Source: a virus (taxonomy: Duplodnaviria; Caudoviricetes). Taken from it: a stretch of DNA of 64,000 bases. Location of the stretch: the IMG/VR virus record IMGVR_UViG_3300021400_003144; one strand, given 5' to 3'. A program made the position numbers and the translations under genes. This document shows positions 1 to 11,400 of the stretch, in pieces. The notes under the pieces were generated by a model. That model did not search any database, was not told the DNA's origin, and was given only the letters and a program-made list of their open reading frames with translations. Each line of letters begins with the position of its first letter. Within the stretch, counting starts at the first letter, position 1.

Positions 1-20
1 TGTAAGATAATTAGTTAAGA

Positions 21-87
21 AATAATCTGTTATATTAGCATGATACAGTAAAATAGTATCTGTTAATATAACAGATTATTTTTATTT
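21..87 (+). terminator. Long inverted repeat / intrinsic terminator
   Basis: aataatctgttatatta...taatataacagattatt followed by T-rich tail. Confidence 0.6.
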
Positions 88-390
88 ATATGAGAAAAAT
101 AAAACAATTGTTCGTAAAAATAAAAATTGAGTATTTGAAAAGGTTAAAAATTAAAATTTAATCTTTCATAAAAATTAAGAACAGTAAGGAGATTTTTGGG
201 AGATTTTTTGATATGCTGTAGGTATAAAATTTTGGGTATGGTAAAGACCTAGTAAAGTGAAATAATTTTAGTAGGCTTTCATAAAATATGTAGCAGTTGA
301 AGTATTTTTGAGTTGGCTTAATTATTAAAATTGAGTAGACTAGTGATAATATGAAAATGAGCATAATAGAGTGAGGTTTGTTTAAAGGGA

Positions 391-1311
391 ATGTCTGGTG
401 GATTTATAGTTACAAAGATAGGCTATTTTGATGATAAGATTATGCTATGGGCAATAGATAAATCATACAATGGTAAAATAAGTGTGTTTAAGAATAACAA
501 TAGAGGACTTATAAAAGCATTGCGTAACAGTGGAGCTGGGAAGATAGCTAATGGTGAGTTAGATATACTAGTAGAAAGATTAAAGAATAATGAGTTATAC
601 AGAAGGTATGATGAGAATTTACAGTTCATAGACTTTACAGGTTATAATAAAGCACATTTATCATTTGAATGGACAACTATAAATGGAGTAGATGAATACA
701 ATATTACAGCTAATGTTGGTGGTGATTCATACTATGAATACTTAGATATACTAGGAGATTGTAGTATAGTAGCAGTTAGAAATATATGTGAGTGCAAGGT
801 TTTGGATCTATCTCACTGTAAATATTTAAAGAGGATTGAGGGAATTTCAAAAGGTGCTAGTTGTATATACACTAATAAAATAATATTTCCATATGATTTA
901 GATATAGAAATGTCAAGGTTGACACTTGATGGTAAAGATAATACATCTAAGATTGAGCTTGTAGGCAATAATAAACTTACTATATCAGATTCGTTGATAG
1001 AGTATACTAATATAAGTAAAGGTTTTAAAGGTTTGTTGCTTTTATCAAATTCATGGTTAGAAGAATGTAACATAAATGATACAGTTACTGTTACTGTTAA
1101 TTTAGATGAAATGATTAAGAGCAAAGAAAATGAAGCTACAACATTATATGTTAATAAAATTAGTCATTGTAATATAAGGGAGTTGCAGTTAAAAGTTAAT
1201 AATAAATTTGTTAAATACAATAATGTTTCTGAACTCAAGATGATGTATGAATCATATGCAGTTAGATTTTTAGATGGAAAGGAAATTGAAGAGCAGTTAA
1301 ATTATGAATAA
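391..1311 (+). CDS. Hypothetical protein, possible LRR/beta-solenoid C-terminus (distant member of 14-18 kb paralog family)
   Basis: 306-aa ORF; LDLSHCKYLKRI segment resembles INCAKCKELEHV in 16714 ORF. Confidence 0.6.
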   Translation: MSGGFIVTKIGYFDDKIMLWAIDKSYNGKISVFKNNNRGLIKALRNSGAGKIANGELDILVERLKNNELYRRYDENLQFIDFTGYNKAHLSFEWTTINGVDEYNITANVGGDSYYEYLDILGDCSIVAVRNICECKVLDLSHCKYLKRIEGISKGASCIYTNKIIFPYDLDIEMSRLTLDGKDNTSKIELVGNNKLTISDSLIEYTNISKGFKGLLLLSNSWLEECNINDTVTVTVNLDEMIKSKENEATTLYVNKISHCNIRELQLKVNNKFVKYNNVSELKMMYESYAVRFLDGKEIEEQLNYE

Positions 1312-1816
1312 TACAATAGGATTAAATATTTTGAGCAATAATAAATATTATGTGTACATAGGAATGACACATAATAACTTGGATAAATTAATACAGAGAT
1401 TGAGAAAATTACAAGGATACGATGTAGAGTGTAATAAGACAATGGTAAATGGATATGTTTACACTGAATATGCTATAGGAGATGTTTGTAAGATATATAC
1501 AGATATGCTTGGGTCTGTATCTAAAATAGAGGGAGGCTCCTATGATGAAATAGTAATTAATAAAGATATATGTGGGCTTGATGCATTAGGATATTATGGG
1601 CTTAAAGAGCTATATAAGGACTCTGAGGATATTAAAAATAGCATATCATTAAATAGCTTAGACGAGTCACTTGATGATATTATACATATGAATGAGAACA
1701 CTGACTCAGATAAATTGCATAAGAAGCTACGTGATTGCGATTTAAGTATAAATATTAGCTTATTTAAGAATAATGATATAATAAATAAGATTGTTATAGA
1801 AAGAGTTTTTGAATAA
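1304..1816 (+). CDS. Hypothetical protein
   Basis: 170-aa ORF overlapping upstream stop. Confidence 0.6.
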   Translation: MNNTIGLNILSNNKYYVYIGMTHNNLDKLIQRLRKLQGYDVECNKTMVNGYVYTEYAIGDVCKIYTDMLGSVSKIEGGSYDEIVINKDICGLDALGYYGLKELYKDSEDIKNSISLNSLDESLDDIIHMNENTDSDKLHKKLRDCDLSINISLFKNNDIINKIVIERVFE

Positions 1817-1836
1817 GAAAGATTGGAGTATTTAAA

Positions 1837-3780
1837 ATGAGCAGTCAGGATTATAAGAGTAAGCTTAAGGCTCTTAAAGCTATAGCTGATGATAAATCAG
1901 ATAACAGATTAAATATAGCTGAGTTTAATGAGATTTATGAGGACATGAAGAATGGAAGTACTGAACTCATAGATTCTACATTAGAACTGATGAAAGAAAA
2001 AGAGGCTAAAGAAGCTAAAATAAGAGCTAAAAGTTCAGAGTTTTATAATGAAGTTATAGATAAGCTTATGAATAAAGGTGTTAATAACTTAAGAGTTGTA
2101 AGACCTACTGGTTTTGGTAAGAGTTATCTTTTATCTAAGCTTTCATATAGTGCAGAAGAACTTACTGGCATGAAAAGAAGCTCTGAATATAAGAATATGA
2201 GTTTATACATTTATCCTACTGATATCATTAAGGAACAGATGATAAGAGATTATGGTCCTGATGGAGAAAGAGCTGAGAACAGATTACGTGGAGTCATATT
2301 CGTTAGCTATAGCAGAATAGGCAAGATAATTAATACCTTTGAAGAGGGTAAATCATATAAGTTCTGTATAAATAGGATAGATAAATTCTATAGTAAAGCT
2401 GAGGACGGTATCTATGAAATGGATGGCGGTAAAGCTAAGAAGAGTACTCAGTGGGGACCAATAGAGCTTAAGAATGCATATGATTTGAGGCAATGGTTAT
2501 CTGAGTTTATAGGTATATTGCTTATAGATGAGTGTCACAAAGTAGGAGCTGAATCTTTTAGGAAATTCTGGTATGCTATAAACTATATGGATATAGCTAG
2601 TACAAAGAAGAATAAACTGATATTTGAAAAAGATGACTATAACTTTACAGAGGGTTACAATAGAATACCTAATGGAGTCTTTGTTAATAGGGCTGGTAAG
2701 ACAGGTAGAAAAGTTATAGGAGTTACAGCTACTGAGTTTAGGCAGGATGGACAAGACCCTAATACTATAATAGGTAATGCAATATCTAAGTATGATTTAG
2801 CAGATGCTATAAGAGATGGTCACTTACAGAAAGTTGATTACATATATACAGTAGGTGATACTGACATGTTTAGAGAGTCTATAATAGATGCTCTAAACGA
2901 ATCTAGACTAAACAATGGTAATTTTAATAAAGTAGCTTGGAGTGAGATAGTAGAACTTAATAAGATTATAGAGAATAACTCTAAGCCTTTAGGATTGACC
3001 ATAAGAGAGAGTATCACAGACAAGCATAGACCTAAAGATAACTTAGGGCGTAGAATGGACTATGTAAAGTTAATAGTGTTTTTTAATAATACTATTGATT
3101 TAAAGTCAAGGCATGACTGGATTATGAATGAGTTTAAGAGTGCCTTTTCTGATAAAAATGTGAATGAGTATATCATAGTAACAGACAAAAATGAAGCTGG
3201 TATTATGAGTGCTGGTAGCAATATAAATAGTAATGATACTTCAAATGGATTAAGAGCTACATCACCTAATATTATGAATAAGTATACAAAGCCAGTTAAT
3301 GGTGTTGTTGACATAATATTATGTGTAGACGTATTAAATATGGGTTATCATGTAGATGATATTACTGGCGTTGTTATTATAAGAAATACACAATCAGCAA
3401 TTATTTATAATCAGCAGATAGGTAGATGTTTCAGTGTAAAGAGTACAACTACACCTATTGTTGTTGATGTTATTGATGCTAATGCTGGGGATAGACTGTT
3501 ATCATCATCAAATGCAGCTAGTGGATATAAGATAGACTTACCTGAATTACTTGGAAATGGTAAAGAGGAAGATGGGTGTCAGATTATAGATACAAGTAAA
3601 ACAATTATTGACATGATATCTAGGTTTTCGTTCAATGATTATGAAATGGTAGATACAATATTATTTATGTACAAGCATAGAGGTGCTTCTGTTGAGGTTT
3701 TGAAAGATATGCTTGGTGTCAGTGAAGATAAGATAATAAGTGTATTAAAAACTTTTGGTGAGGTAATAGAAAATGGCTAA
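1837..3780 (+). CDS. Superfamily 2 (DEAD/DEAH-like) helicase
   Basis: Walker A PTGFGKS, DECH, TAT, motif VI QQIGR. Confidence 0.85.
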   Translation: MSSQDYKSKLKALKAIADDKSDNRLNIAEFNEIYEDMKNGSTELIDSTLELMKEKEAKEAKIRAKSSEFYNEVIDKLMNKGVNNLRVVRPTGFGKSYLLSKLSYSAEELTGMKRSSEYKNMSLYIYPTDIIKEQMIRDYGPDGERAENRLRGVIFVSYSRIGKIINTFEEGKSYKFCINRIDKFYSKAEDGIYEMDGGKAKKSTQWGPIELKNAYDLRQWLSEFIGILLIDECHKVGAESFRKFWYAINYMDIASTKKNKLIFEKDDYNFTEGYNRIPNGVFVNRAGKTGRKVIGVTATEFRQDGQDPNTIIGNAISKYDLADAIRDGHLQKVDYIYTVGDTDMFRESIIDALNESRLNNGNFNKVAWSEIVELNKIIENNSKPLGLTIRESITDKHRPKDNLGRRMDYVKLIVFFNNTIDLKSRHDWIMNEFKSAFSDKNVNEYIIVTDKNEAGIMSAGSNINSNDTSNGLRATSPNIMNKYTKPVNGVVDIILCVDVLNMGYHVDDITGVVIIRNTQSAIIYNQQIGRCFSVKSTTTPIVVDVIDANAGDRLLSSSNAASGYKIDLPELLGNGKEEDGCQIIDTSKTIIDMISRFSFNDYEMVDTILFMYKHRGASVEVLKDMLGVSEDKIISVLKTFGEVIENG

Positions 3781-5563
3781 GGCATGGTACGAGAAAAGTG
3801 AGTTTATAAAGCAGGGAAATGATGGTGGATGGTATTATAAGAACCATGGAGCATTTTTAAGAGTTATTACTGAGGATTCAGCTAAGAACTCTGTAAGTTG
3901 TGTATGTTCAGTATGTGGTAAAACTGCTAAATATAAGAAGTCTGAACTGGTAAATGGTGAAGTACAGCTGTGCAATGAGTGTAACACAAGGAATTTAAAG
4001 ATAGGCAGCATATGTGGTGGTTGTAGAATAGTTGGATTTGATAATAAAAAGCTGCCTAAGGGATATAGTGTTTTTGTAAAGTTTGAGTGTTTAGGTTGTA
4101 AGGCTACACATACTCATAATTTAGCAATGTTATCTACAGATAGAAAGTTAAATCATTGTGAGTGTGGTTATAAGCCAAATGATTCTGATTTAAACACAGT
4201 AGATAATTCAAATTCAGAGGAAAATATAATAACACCTAAGTCTAAGGCTGTAGCAAAGATTGTTCCTAAGGGTTATAACTATGTAAAATATGGAAAAGAC
4301 GTGGAAGATGTACAGCAGGACATAGGAGAGTTCACATACTTTGGAAATAGAAAAATATCTGATAGGGGAAAAGAACTCACAAAGGGTATATTCATATGCA
4401 AAGAATGTGGGCATGAGATGAATATAACTGTTAAGAATTGGACAGCTAAGGATGTAGGCTTATCTAAAATAGCTGATATGGAGAACTTCTATGATAAGAT
4501 ATTAGTCAATATGTTTAAGATTCCATCAGGGTTATTAAGAGCAATAGAAGATACAAAGAAGTTCTATAATGATCTATATGTTAGCTGTGCAGATTATACT
4601 GTAGATACTATAAAGTATATAAATGAGGCTAAAGGTAATAGTGAAAATACAGCTAAATATAAAAAGAGCTTAGATGTTTTAGAGAAGCAATTTGATAAAT
4701 ATGATGCATTTATATTTAAAAATACAAAGGTTGGTATTAAAGTAAACAGAGAGTTTTTTAAGAGTGTCATAACCGATAAAGGTCTATATACAAGATTTAC
4801 TGAAAATGGTGGTACAAAAGTATTCTTATGTGCAGAGCATAGAAAAAATACTAATATAGTAGGTAACAGATATAGATATGAAATGAACAGTAAAGATGAT
4901 TGGAAGGGAACTATAATAAATAACCTAAAAATCACAAATAAAGTTACTGCTAAGAATAAAGTTCCATATGCTAATGTTGAATGTATTTTATGCAAGCATA
5001 AAATAAATGGACACTATAGATTGGATATGCTATTGCAAAATCAAGAGGTATGCTGTCCTTATTGTGCAAATGGTTTAATAGAGATTGATTGTCCTGGAGA
5101 CATTAGAGTTATAAATGGTAGGTCAGTAAAGGCTGATAGATGTGCTAATTGTAATGAGAAAGTACGTGTAAGTGTAAGAAGTTTATACTCAAAGGATGGT
5201 GTTGATTCTATAGTATGTAAGAAGGATTATCAAACTAAAATAAATCCTAGACTTGATATGACAACTGAAAAATTAAAAATGGATATAGCCTTTGATGGTA
5301 TGTCAAAGCTCGTTGATAGTTTAGTATATAAAGATAATTTATATTGTAAGGATGGGTCAGTTCTTAAAAGATATGAACAAGGATATACAGCTAAGAGCAT
5401 CTTAGGGAAAGATGGTAAAGTAAGACATAATGTCAGATTAAATACTTATTTGTGTGTAAAGCATACAAAGCTTTTAACACTAACAGACGAAGAGGCTCAG
5501 GATTATGAGCATGAATTTTGTTATGACCCTAGAATGAAAGGCTGTAATATTAATCATAAATAA
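3773..5563 (+). CDS. Cys-rich multi zinc-ribbon protein
   Basis: Many CxxC pairs (CSVC, CNEC, CLGC, CKEC, CILC, CPYC, CANC); overlaps helicase stop. Confidence 0.65.
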   Translation: MAKAWYEKSEFIKQGNDGGWYYKNHGAFLRVITEDSAKNSVSCVCSVCGKTAKYKKSELVNGEVQLCNECNTRNLKIGSICGGCRIVGFDNKKLPKGYSVFVKFECLGCKATHTHNLAMLSTDRKLNHCECGYKPNDSDLNTVDNSNSEENIITPKSKAVAKIVPKGYNYVKYGKDVEDVQQDIGEFTYFGNRKISDRGKELTKGIFICKECGHEMNITVKNWTAKDVGLSKIADMENFYDKILVNMFKIPSGLLRAIEDTKKFYNDLYVSCADYTVDTIKYINEAKGNSENTAKYKKSLDVLEKQFDKYDAFIFKNTKVGIKVNREFFKSVITDKGLYTRFTENGGTKVFLCAEHRKNTNIVGNRYRYEMNSKDDWKGTIINNLKITNKVTAKNKVPYANVECILCKHKINGHYRLDMLLQNQEVCCPYCANGLIEIDCPGDIRVINGRSVKADRCANCNEKVRVSVRSLYSKDGVDSIVCKKDYQTKINPRLDMTTEKLKMDIAFDGMSKLVDSLVYKDNLYCKDGSVLKRYEQGYTAKSILGKDGKVRHNVRLNTYLCVKHTKLLTLTDEEAQDYEHEFCYDPRMKGCNINHK

Positions 5564-5580
5564 GGGTTTGGGGTATAAGT

Positions 5581-6273
5581 ATGACAGAAAGCAAGATTAG
5601 ATACAAGATAAAAGGACTAACAGACTTAGTAGCTATTGGTGAGACTACTAAGTCTGAAATTAAAGGCTTGATAAGTGATGAGAAAATAACAGATAGTGAG
5701 AATCTTATTACTATTGACACTGATAATGAATTTGTTATCAGTGAGGAAGATAAGTATAGAGTTTATTTATCTGATAGAGACTGGTATAAGGGAAAGATAT
5801 TTGAAGAGTATAGAACAGAATTTATATTTAATGATAATGGAGTGCTACGCTGTATAGACAGTAACAATACTAATGCACTTGAAGAGATAAGCATAGATGG
5901 AAACAAAGTGATATTTTATCTTAAACCAGAGTTGTGCATTAAGGATGATAGTGAGTCTGTAAAGGAATTTAATGAATTAGTGGAGTCATCTGGTATTAAA
6001 TATCTGGACCCTAAAGATGTAGAATATAAATATATTTGTAAGACAGATGCAGATACTAAAAACATATTTATAGATAGTGTCTATGATGCCTTCCGGTATC
6101 CATATAGATTTTCAGCTTACATATATAAGAAGAATGGAGACACTGTAATATGGACACCTGACAATAATAGGGAAATATTGATAGCAAAGTCAGATGATAA
6201 CATAACAGAATGGATTGGCAGAAATACTATACCTGGTAGCAATTTACCATGGTATAGGCAGGAGATAAAGTAA
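5581..6273 (+). CDS. Hypothetical protein
   Basis: 230-aa ORF. Confidence 0.6.
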   Translation: MTESKIRYKIKGLTDLVAIGETTKSEIKGLISDEKITDSENLITIDTDNEFVISEEDKYRVYLSDRDWYKGKIFEEYRTEFIFNDNGVLRCIDSNNTNALEEISIDGNKVIFYLKPELCIKDDSESVKEFNELVESSGIKYLDPKDVEYKYICKTDADTKNIFIDSVYDAFRYPYRFSAYIYKKNGDTVIWTPDNNREILIAKSDDNITEWIGRNTIPGSNLPWYRQEIK

Positions 6274-6280
6274 AATACTG

Positions 6281-6319
6281 AATGAGGATTTTGAGAGACT
6301 GTATCAAATCCTCATTTTT
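6281..6319 (+). terminator. Intrinsic terminator
   Basis: aatgaggattt...aaatcctcatt + T run. Confidence 0.6.
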
Positions 6320-6373
6320 GTTATGTAGAGCAGATGAGATTATGAAGGATAAGAGAGGAAAGGAGAAGCTAAG

Positions 6374-6994
6374 GTGCTGAATAAAACAGTGATAGGAAAG
6401 ATTAAGTTTATACTGTGTGGTATAATCTCATGTTTATTTATAATAGCTGTTACTAGGACAACTACTCTGTCTAATGTATCTGGTGGAAGTATGGAAAACA
6501 CTTATAAGAATAATGATTGGCTATTAGTAAATAGGATTGTACCTAGTATTAATAGGGGTGACATAATAGTTGCTAAGTTTAAAAATAAACTGATAGTTAA
6601 GAGAGTTATAGGTGTTGGTGGTGACATTGTTGAAATAAAAGATAATCAATTATATGTAAATAATTCTTTAAAGGATGAAGATTATATCAAGGAAGATATG
6701 AAAGAAGCTAATATGAGCATAAGAGTTCCTGTAAAGGAATTGTTCTTACTTGGAGATAACAGAAATAATAGTGTTGATAGTAGAAATATAGCTGTTGGTT
6801 GTGTAAGTGAATCTGATGTTATAGGCAAGGTAATGTTTGATTTAGGTAATGACATATCTGGATATATAAACTTCCTACTGATGTTACTTATATGCTGTAC
6901 TATTATTGTTGTTAGTGTTGAGAAAATAATAAATATAATGTTTATAAACATTGATAAAGCTGAAATGGCTGCATTGAAGATTGATAATCAATAA
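6374..6994 (+). CDS. lepB: Signal peptidase I (S26)
   Basis: N-terminal TM, SGGSMENT (catalytic Ser), LIVKRVIG (catalytic Lys), GDNRNNSVDSR. Confidence 0.9.
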   Translation: MLNKTVIGKIKFILCGIISCLFIIAVTRTTTLSNVSGGSMENTYKNNDWLLVNRIVPSINRGDIIVAKFKNKLIVKRVIGVGGDIVEIKDNQLYVNNSLKDEDYIKEDMKEANMSIRVPVKELFLLGDNRNNSVDSRNIAVGCVSESDVIGKVMFDLGNDISGYINFLLMLLICCTIIVVSVEKIINIMFINIDKAEMAALKIDNQ

Positions 6995-7094
6995 AATTAT
7001 GTGCAATATACAATGTGTATTAAAAATCTAATATTTTTGTAGCCTGTCTAATTGTAAAATAGTAAATTAAATTAATTTTTGTGCGAGGAATATT

Positions 7095-7877
7095 ATGAGG
7101 AAATACACATTGAATTTATTAAAGGATGATATAAGGAATGGAAACTTCTATGCAGTATATCAGCCTATAGTAAGCAAAGACAATTTGCAGATTGTCTATA
7201 GTGAAGTCTTAACAAGACTTAAAGGAAACTATAAGGTTTGCATTCAGGATGTTATTGAGTTAGCAGAGAGAAATGGGTTGATACAAGAGATTTATAACTT
7301 GATAACTAATAAAGTAGGTCAGTTTCTATATTTTTATGAAAATCAGCTCTATGATGTTGAGAGGTTGACAATAAATGTTTCGCCTTATCAATTAACTGGA
7401 AGTGCATTTCAGATGTATAGAAAGCTAACATATTACTTATTTAAGTGGCATGTAAAACCAAGTAGGATAGCATTTGAAATTACAGAGAGTAAAGAAATAA
7501 GGAACGTAGATGAAGTGAATAAGCTAATTTATATGCTTAGACAATCTGGTTTCTTGATTATGTTGGATGATTATGGTTCAGCTTATTCTAATTTAAACTC
7601 ATTAATAGATTTTGAATTTGATTTAGTAAAAATAGATAAGCATTTGATTGACAGATTGAGCGTGGGTAATAACTTTAATAAGGTTATGTTTAATATAAAT
7701 GCTCTTAAGAACTCAGGATATAAAATTTTGATTGAGGGCATTGATAAAGATAATTTCACATTGGCTAGTAAGATACCCTGTGACTACTATCAAGGATTTA
7801 TTTATTCAAAACCATTAATGACAACTGATTATCTTAGAACAATAAGAACAAGATGCAGATATAATTCCGTATCTTAG
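7095..7877 (+). CDS. EAL-domain c-di-GMP phosphodiesterase (stand-alone)
   Basis: YQPIV, EVLTR, INVSP, FEITE, DDYGSAYS, VKID, EGI, QGFIYSKP. Confidence 0.9.
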   Translation: MRKYTLNLLKDDIRNGNFYAVYQPIVSKDNLQIVYSEVLTRLKGNYKVCIQDVIELAERNGLIQEIYNLITNKVGQFLYFYENQLYDVERLTINVSPYQLTGSAFQMYRKLTYYLFKWHVKPSRIAFEITESKEIRNVDEVNKLIYMLRQSGFLIMLDDYGSAYSNLNSLIDFEFDLVKIDKHLIDRLSVGNNFNKVMFNINALKNSGYKILIEGIDKDNFTLASKIPCDYYQGFIYSKPLMTTDYLRTIRTRCRYNSVS

Positions 7878-8205
7878 GGTAGAAATAGGGTAATAACGTA
7901 GCAGTTATTACCCTATTTTTATGTTATAATTTAATAGACATATTAGAAAAATTAAATGAACTATGTAAAGTAAAAGTGAATGAGCAGATGACGGAAAATT
8001 GGTAGCAATATAGTGATATTCTAGCTAAAATAGAAATAAAAATTATTTATTAGGTGTTTTATGTAAAATAAGAAAAGAGATGAGCTTATAATGAAAATTA
8101 TACAGACAGGTGAGTTAAAAATAGTGTAACAGTAGATGGTGAGGGAGATTTTTAGGTTTAATTGATAAAATATAGTTAAAGATTTTTAAGTATATTAAAT
8201 AGTTA

Positions 8206-8317
8206 AAGTATTTTAGTTAAATTATTTTAAGTAAATTATCTTAATTAAATTATTTTAGTTAAATTATCTTAATTAAATTATTTTAAGTAAAAGTATTTAA
8301 GTAAAATATTTGAAGTA
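8206..8317. repeat. AT-rich tandem repeat, 8 x 14 bp
   Basis: Units such as aattattttaagta / aattatcttaatta / aattattttagtta in 14-bp register. Confidence 0.75.
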
Positions 8318-8417
8318 TTAGATGATATACAGTATTGATACTAGAATAGCTGTATAATAATAGTAGTGAGTATTTATTATTAATTTTAGTTTAACTAAAT
8401 GAATGGGGAGGTAGACA

Positions 8418-11400
8418 ATGAAAAGATGTAGTATACTAAAGTTAATTTTGTATCAAGTAATACTTATATTGGCGTTGCATAGTAATGCTTATGCTGGGTA
8501 TATAGACGAAATACCTAGTTATTATAGTCAGGTAAGTAGAGAACAATACACAGCTAAATCTTATATAACACATGAGGAATTTATTAAGTATGCTTATTTG
8601 GCTGTTGAAGTTGCGACGAATACAGAGTTAAGTGATGAAGATGCTTATAAGTATAAGAACAATGCTTTTGAGATGATACATAGGCTAAATGGGTTTAAGT
8701 ATCCAGAAAACTTAGAGTCCAATGAGAATGTTATAAAGCATATAGAGATACTTAGAAGCGATAATAATACTAATGAAAATTCTATTAAGTGTGTTGGTTA
8801 CGGTGGTGGTAATGTCGATAATGAATCTTGTAACATGTGGTTCGATAATGACACTTTATACATAGAATTTGATACACAATACATAAGTATCAAAAATGAC
8901 AATTATTGTAATGAGTTGTATATACTTGAAACATTAAAAAATGTAGATAGTGTTAAATTGGATAGCTATTGTAGCAAAAATATACCTGACTTCTTTTGGA
9001 CTAAAGAGCATGTAGATTATTATTGGGAATATGAATATGGAACTGTAGTTCCTGAGATGAAGGAATGGGGTCCAGCCTCATCTAATAAAGGTTACAATTA
9101 CGGATGCACATTTAACAAGAATAATGAAAAGTATTGCATCGGAATAGAAAATAAGATACATATTGATTTAGATGAAAGCTATTTAGAGTGGCTTGATGTA
9201 AGCGGTTACTTAGGAGAAGAGTTCATTACTGAGAGTATACAGGATGGATATATAGATTTAGACAGGGTGATGATTAAAGATGACCTGTTTGAAAATGGTG
9301 AAAACAGTAAGGTCATAAGCTATGAATTTGAGATAGGTTCAAAATACTCAGATTATAGTAATATTATAAATAAAAAGTATTTTACATTGAATATTGAGGT
9401 ATACTTAGACTCTGATGATAGATTACACGCAAAAGCTTTAAATACATCTGACATAGATTTTAGCGATATAGTAAAAGAAGATAGTCCAGCAATTATAGAT
9501 GGTTACAGAACATCAAGAAAGCTATTGCAATTAGCTTATAGAAGTGGAGATAAAGATTCTGATAAAGATGGGCTTATAACAAATATAGAGTGGGCTGATA
9601 AGATGCCAGAAGAATGGACAGCTGAGCCAACTTTTGACGGACATTTATTACTACTAAGCAAAGCAGACAAATTTGATATATTAGACTCAAATAGTGGTAA
9701 TCCTTTGAGCGAAAATAGTATATATTGTGCAAATATAGGTGATGGGCCATTCCCTATATGGGCTTGGTATGACCCTTATAAGAAAGTTATTAAGCTGTAT
9801 ACAAAACAGAAAGATGTACAGCTAGATTCTTATTGTGAAGATACTTTTAGTGGTTTAAAAGCTATTACAAATTTGAATTTTTTGGAGAGAGTTGATATTC
9901 AGGAAGGCACTAGAACTGAAAAAATGTTTTATGACTGCACCAGTCTGACAGATATAAAAGGTATAAGACACTGGTTTAACATTGAGAATGTAGGTAAGAT
10001 AAGCGAACTTGCAGAATTGTTTAAGCATGTACCTATTACTAATATAGATGATTTGCAAGGAGTACCATATCCGGCAGACATATTTATAGGAGCTTTTTAT
10101 GATACTAAAATAACATCATTAGACTTAAGTAAACTTGTAATATTAAACTATGAAAATAATACTGGTGAGACTGGACATCAGCCTTTGAAAGAAGATAGAC
10201 TAGATACTAAAGATGGCAGAGTATCCCATTATATTAAATGTATGTTTTCTGATACTGGTTTGATTAGTGATATTTACATTGAAGCAAGTGATAAGACTGT
10301 TTCAAATAATAGAGAGGCTCCATATAATGTAACTAAATTTTCGCCACCTTTACAGACTAAGATAACTAAATCTGACTTTAAGTATTTAGTATCAAATGCA
10401 GGTTGGGAAATTGGATATTCTAATTTCAATTCTAAGGTAAGAACTGTAGATGAGCTATATGATGAATATAGCAAATATGTGGATAAGTTAGATGCTATTT
10501 ATAATGCATGGAAATTAGAGAAAAATATTCCAGATAAGCCTGATGGTATGTCAGATGAAGAGTATCTTAGCATTTATGGTGATACACTAGAAAAAGAATA
10601 TAGTAAACTGCTGTACAGTGATGTATATAAGCCTATAACATTTTATAAGGAAAGTAGTTTACAGTTAAAGGCTAATATACCTGTAGAATTGGTAAATAAA
10701 GAGGCTCCAGTAGGGAAATTTAAACTTCATGATGTAAGTAAGAATACTGATAAGATTATTGAAGTTAGTAACGGTGCAAATGCAGACTATGTATGGAAAG
10801 CAAGTCTTGCACCTAATAATACGATTTATTTATATAAGGACTACATTAGTGAGGAGTATTTACAGGGTGTGTTAGATAGTGGAGGCACTGGAAATAGGGC
10901 TTTTCCTGATTATGTAATAACATCTGAAGATGAAAGCATAAGGTACTATAAAATAAATAAACCAGATAGTAGTAGCAGTGGATTACCTATGTCTCCAGTT
11001 AAAGTGTATGAAGTATCTCTTCAAGAAATGGGTATAACTAATGATACTATAAATAGCCTATTTGAGTATTTTCAGATTAATAATAGTACAGATGAGTCTA
11101 AGGGTGAAGTTCCTAGTGCAAATCCAGAGGTATTATGCATGGACTCAGAGTTTAATATAGTGAATTTAGATACTAAGATTGATAACAATGATGCATTTGC
11201 AAAAGCATTTAGTGAGTATATGGGTGTACTAGGTAAGATAGATGATGTAGGAGAACCAGACCTAGAAGCATTTATATCAGCTTTTAATTCAGAAACTGGA
11301 TACAAAATAAAGGTTAATCCAGCGATTCAATACAATGAAGCTTCAACTAGTACTCTAAGATCCATTGCATCTAATTTTGTGGAGTCTTATTTAATATTAA

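Noticed and set aside
8206-8317. CRISPR repeats
   Set aside because: Contiguous 14-bp units without spacers.
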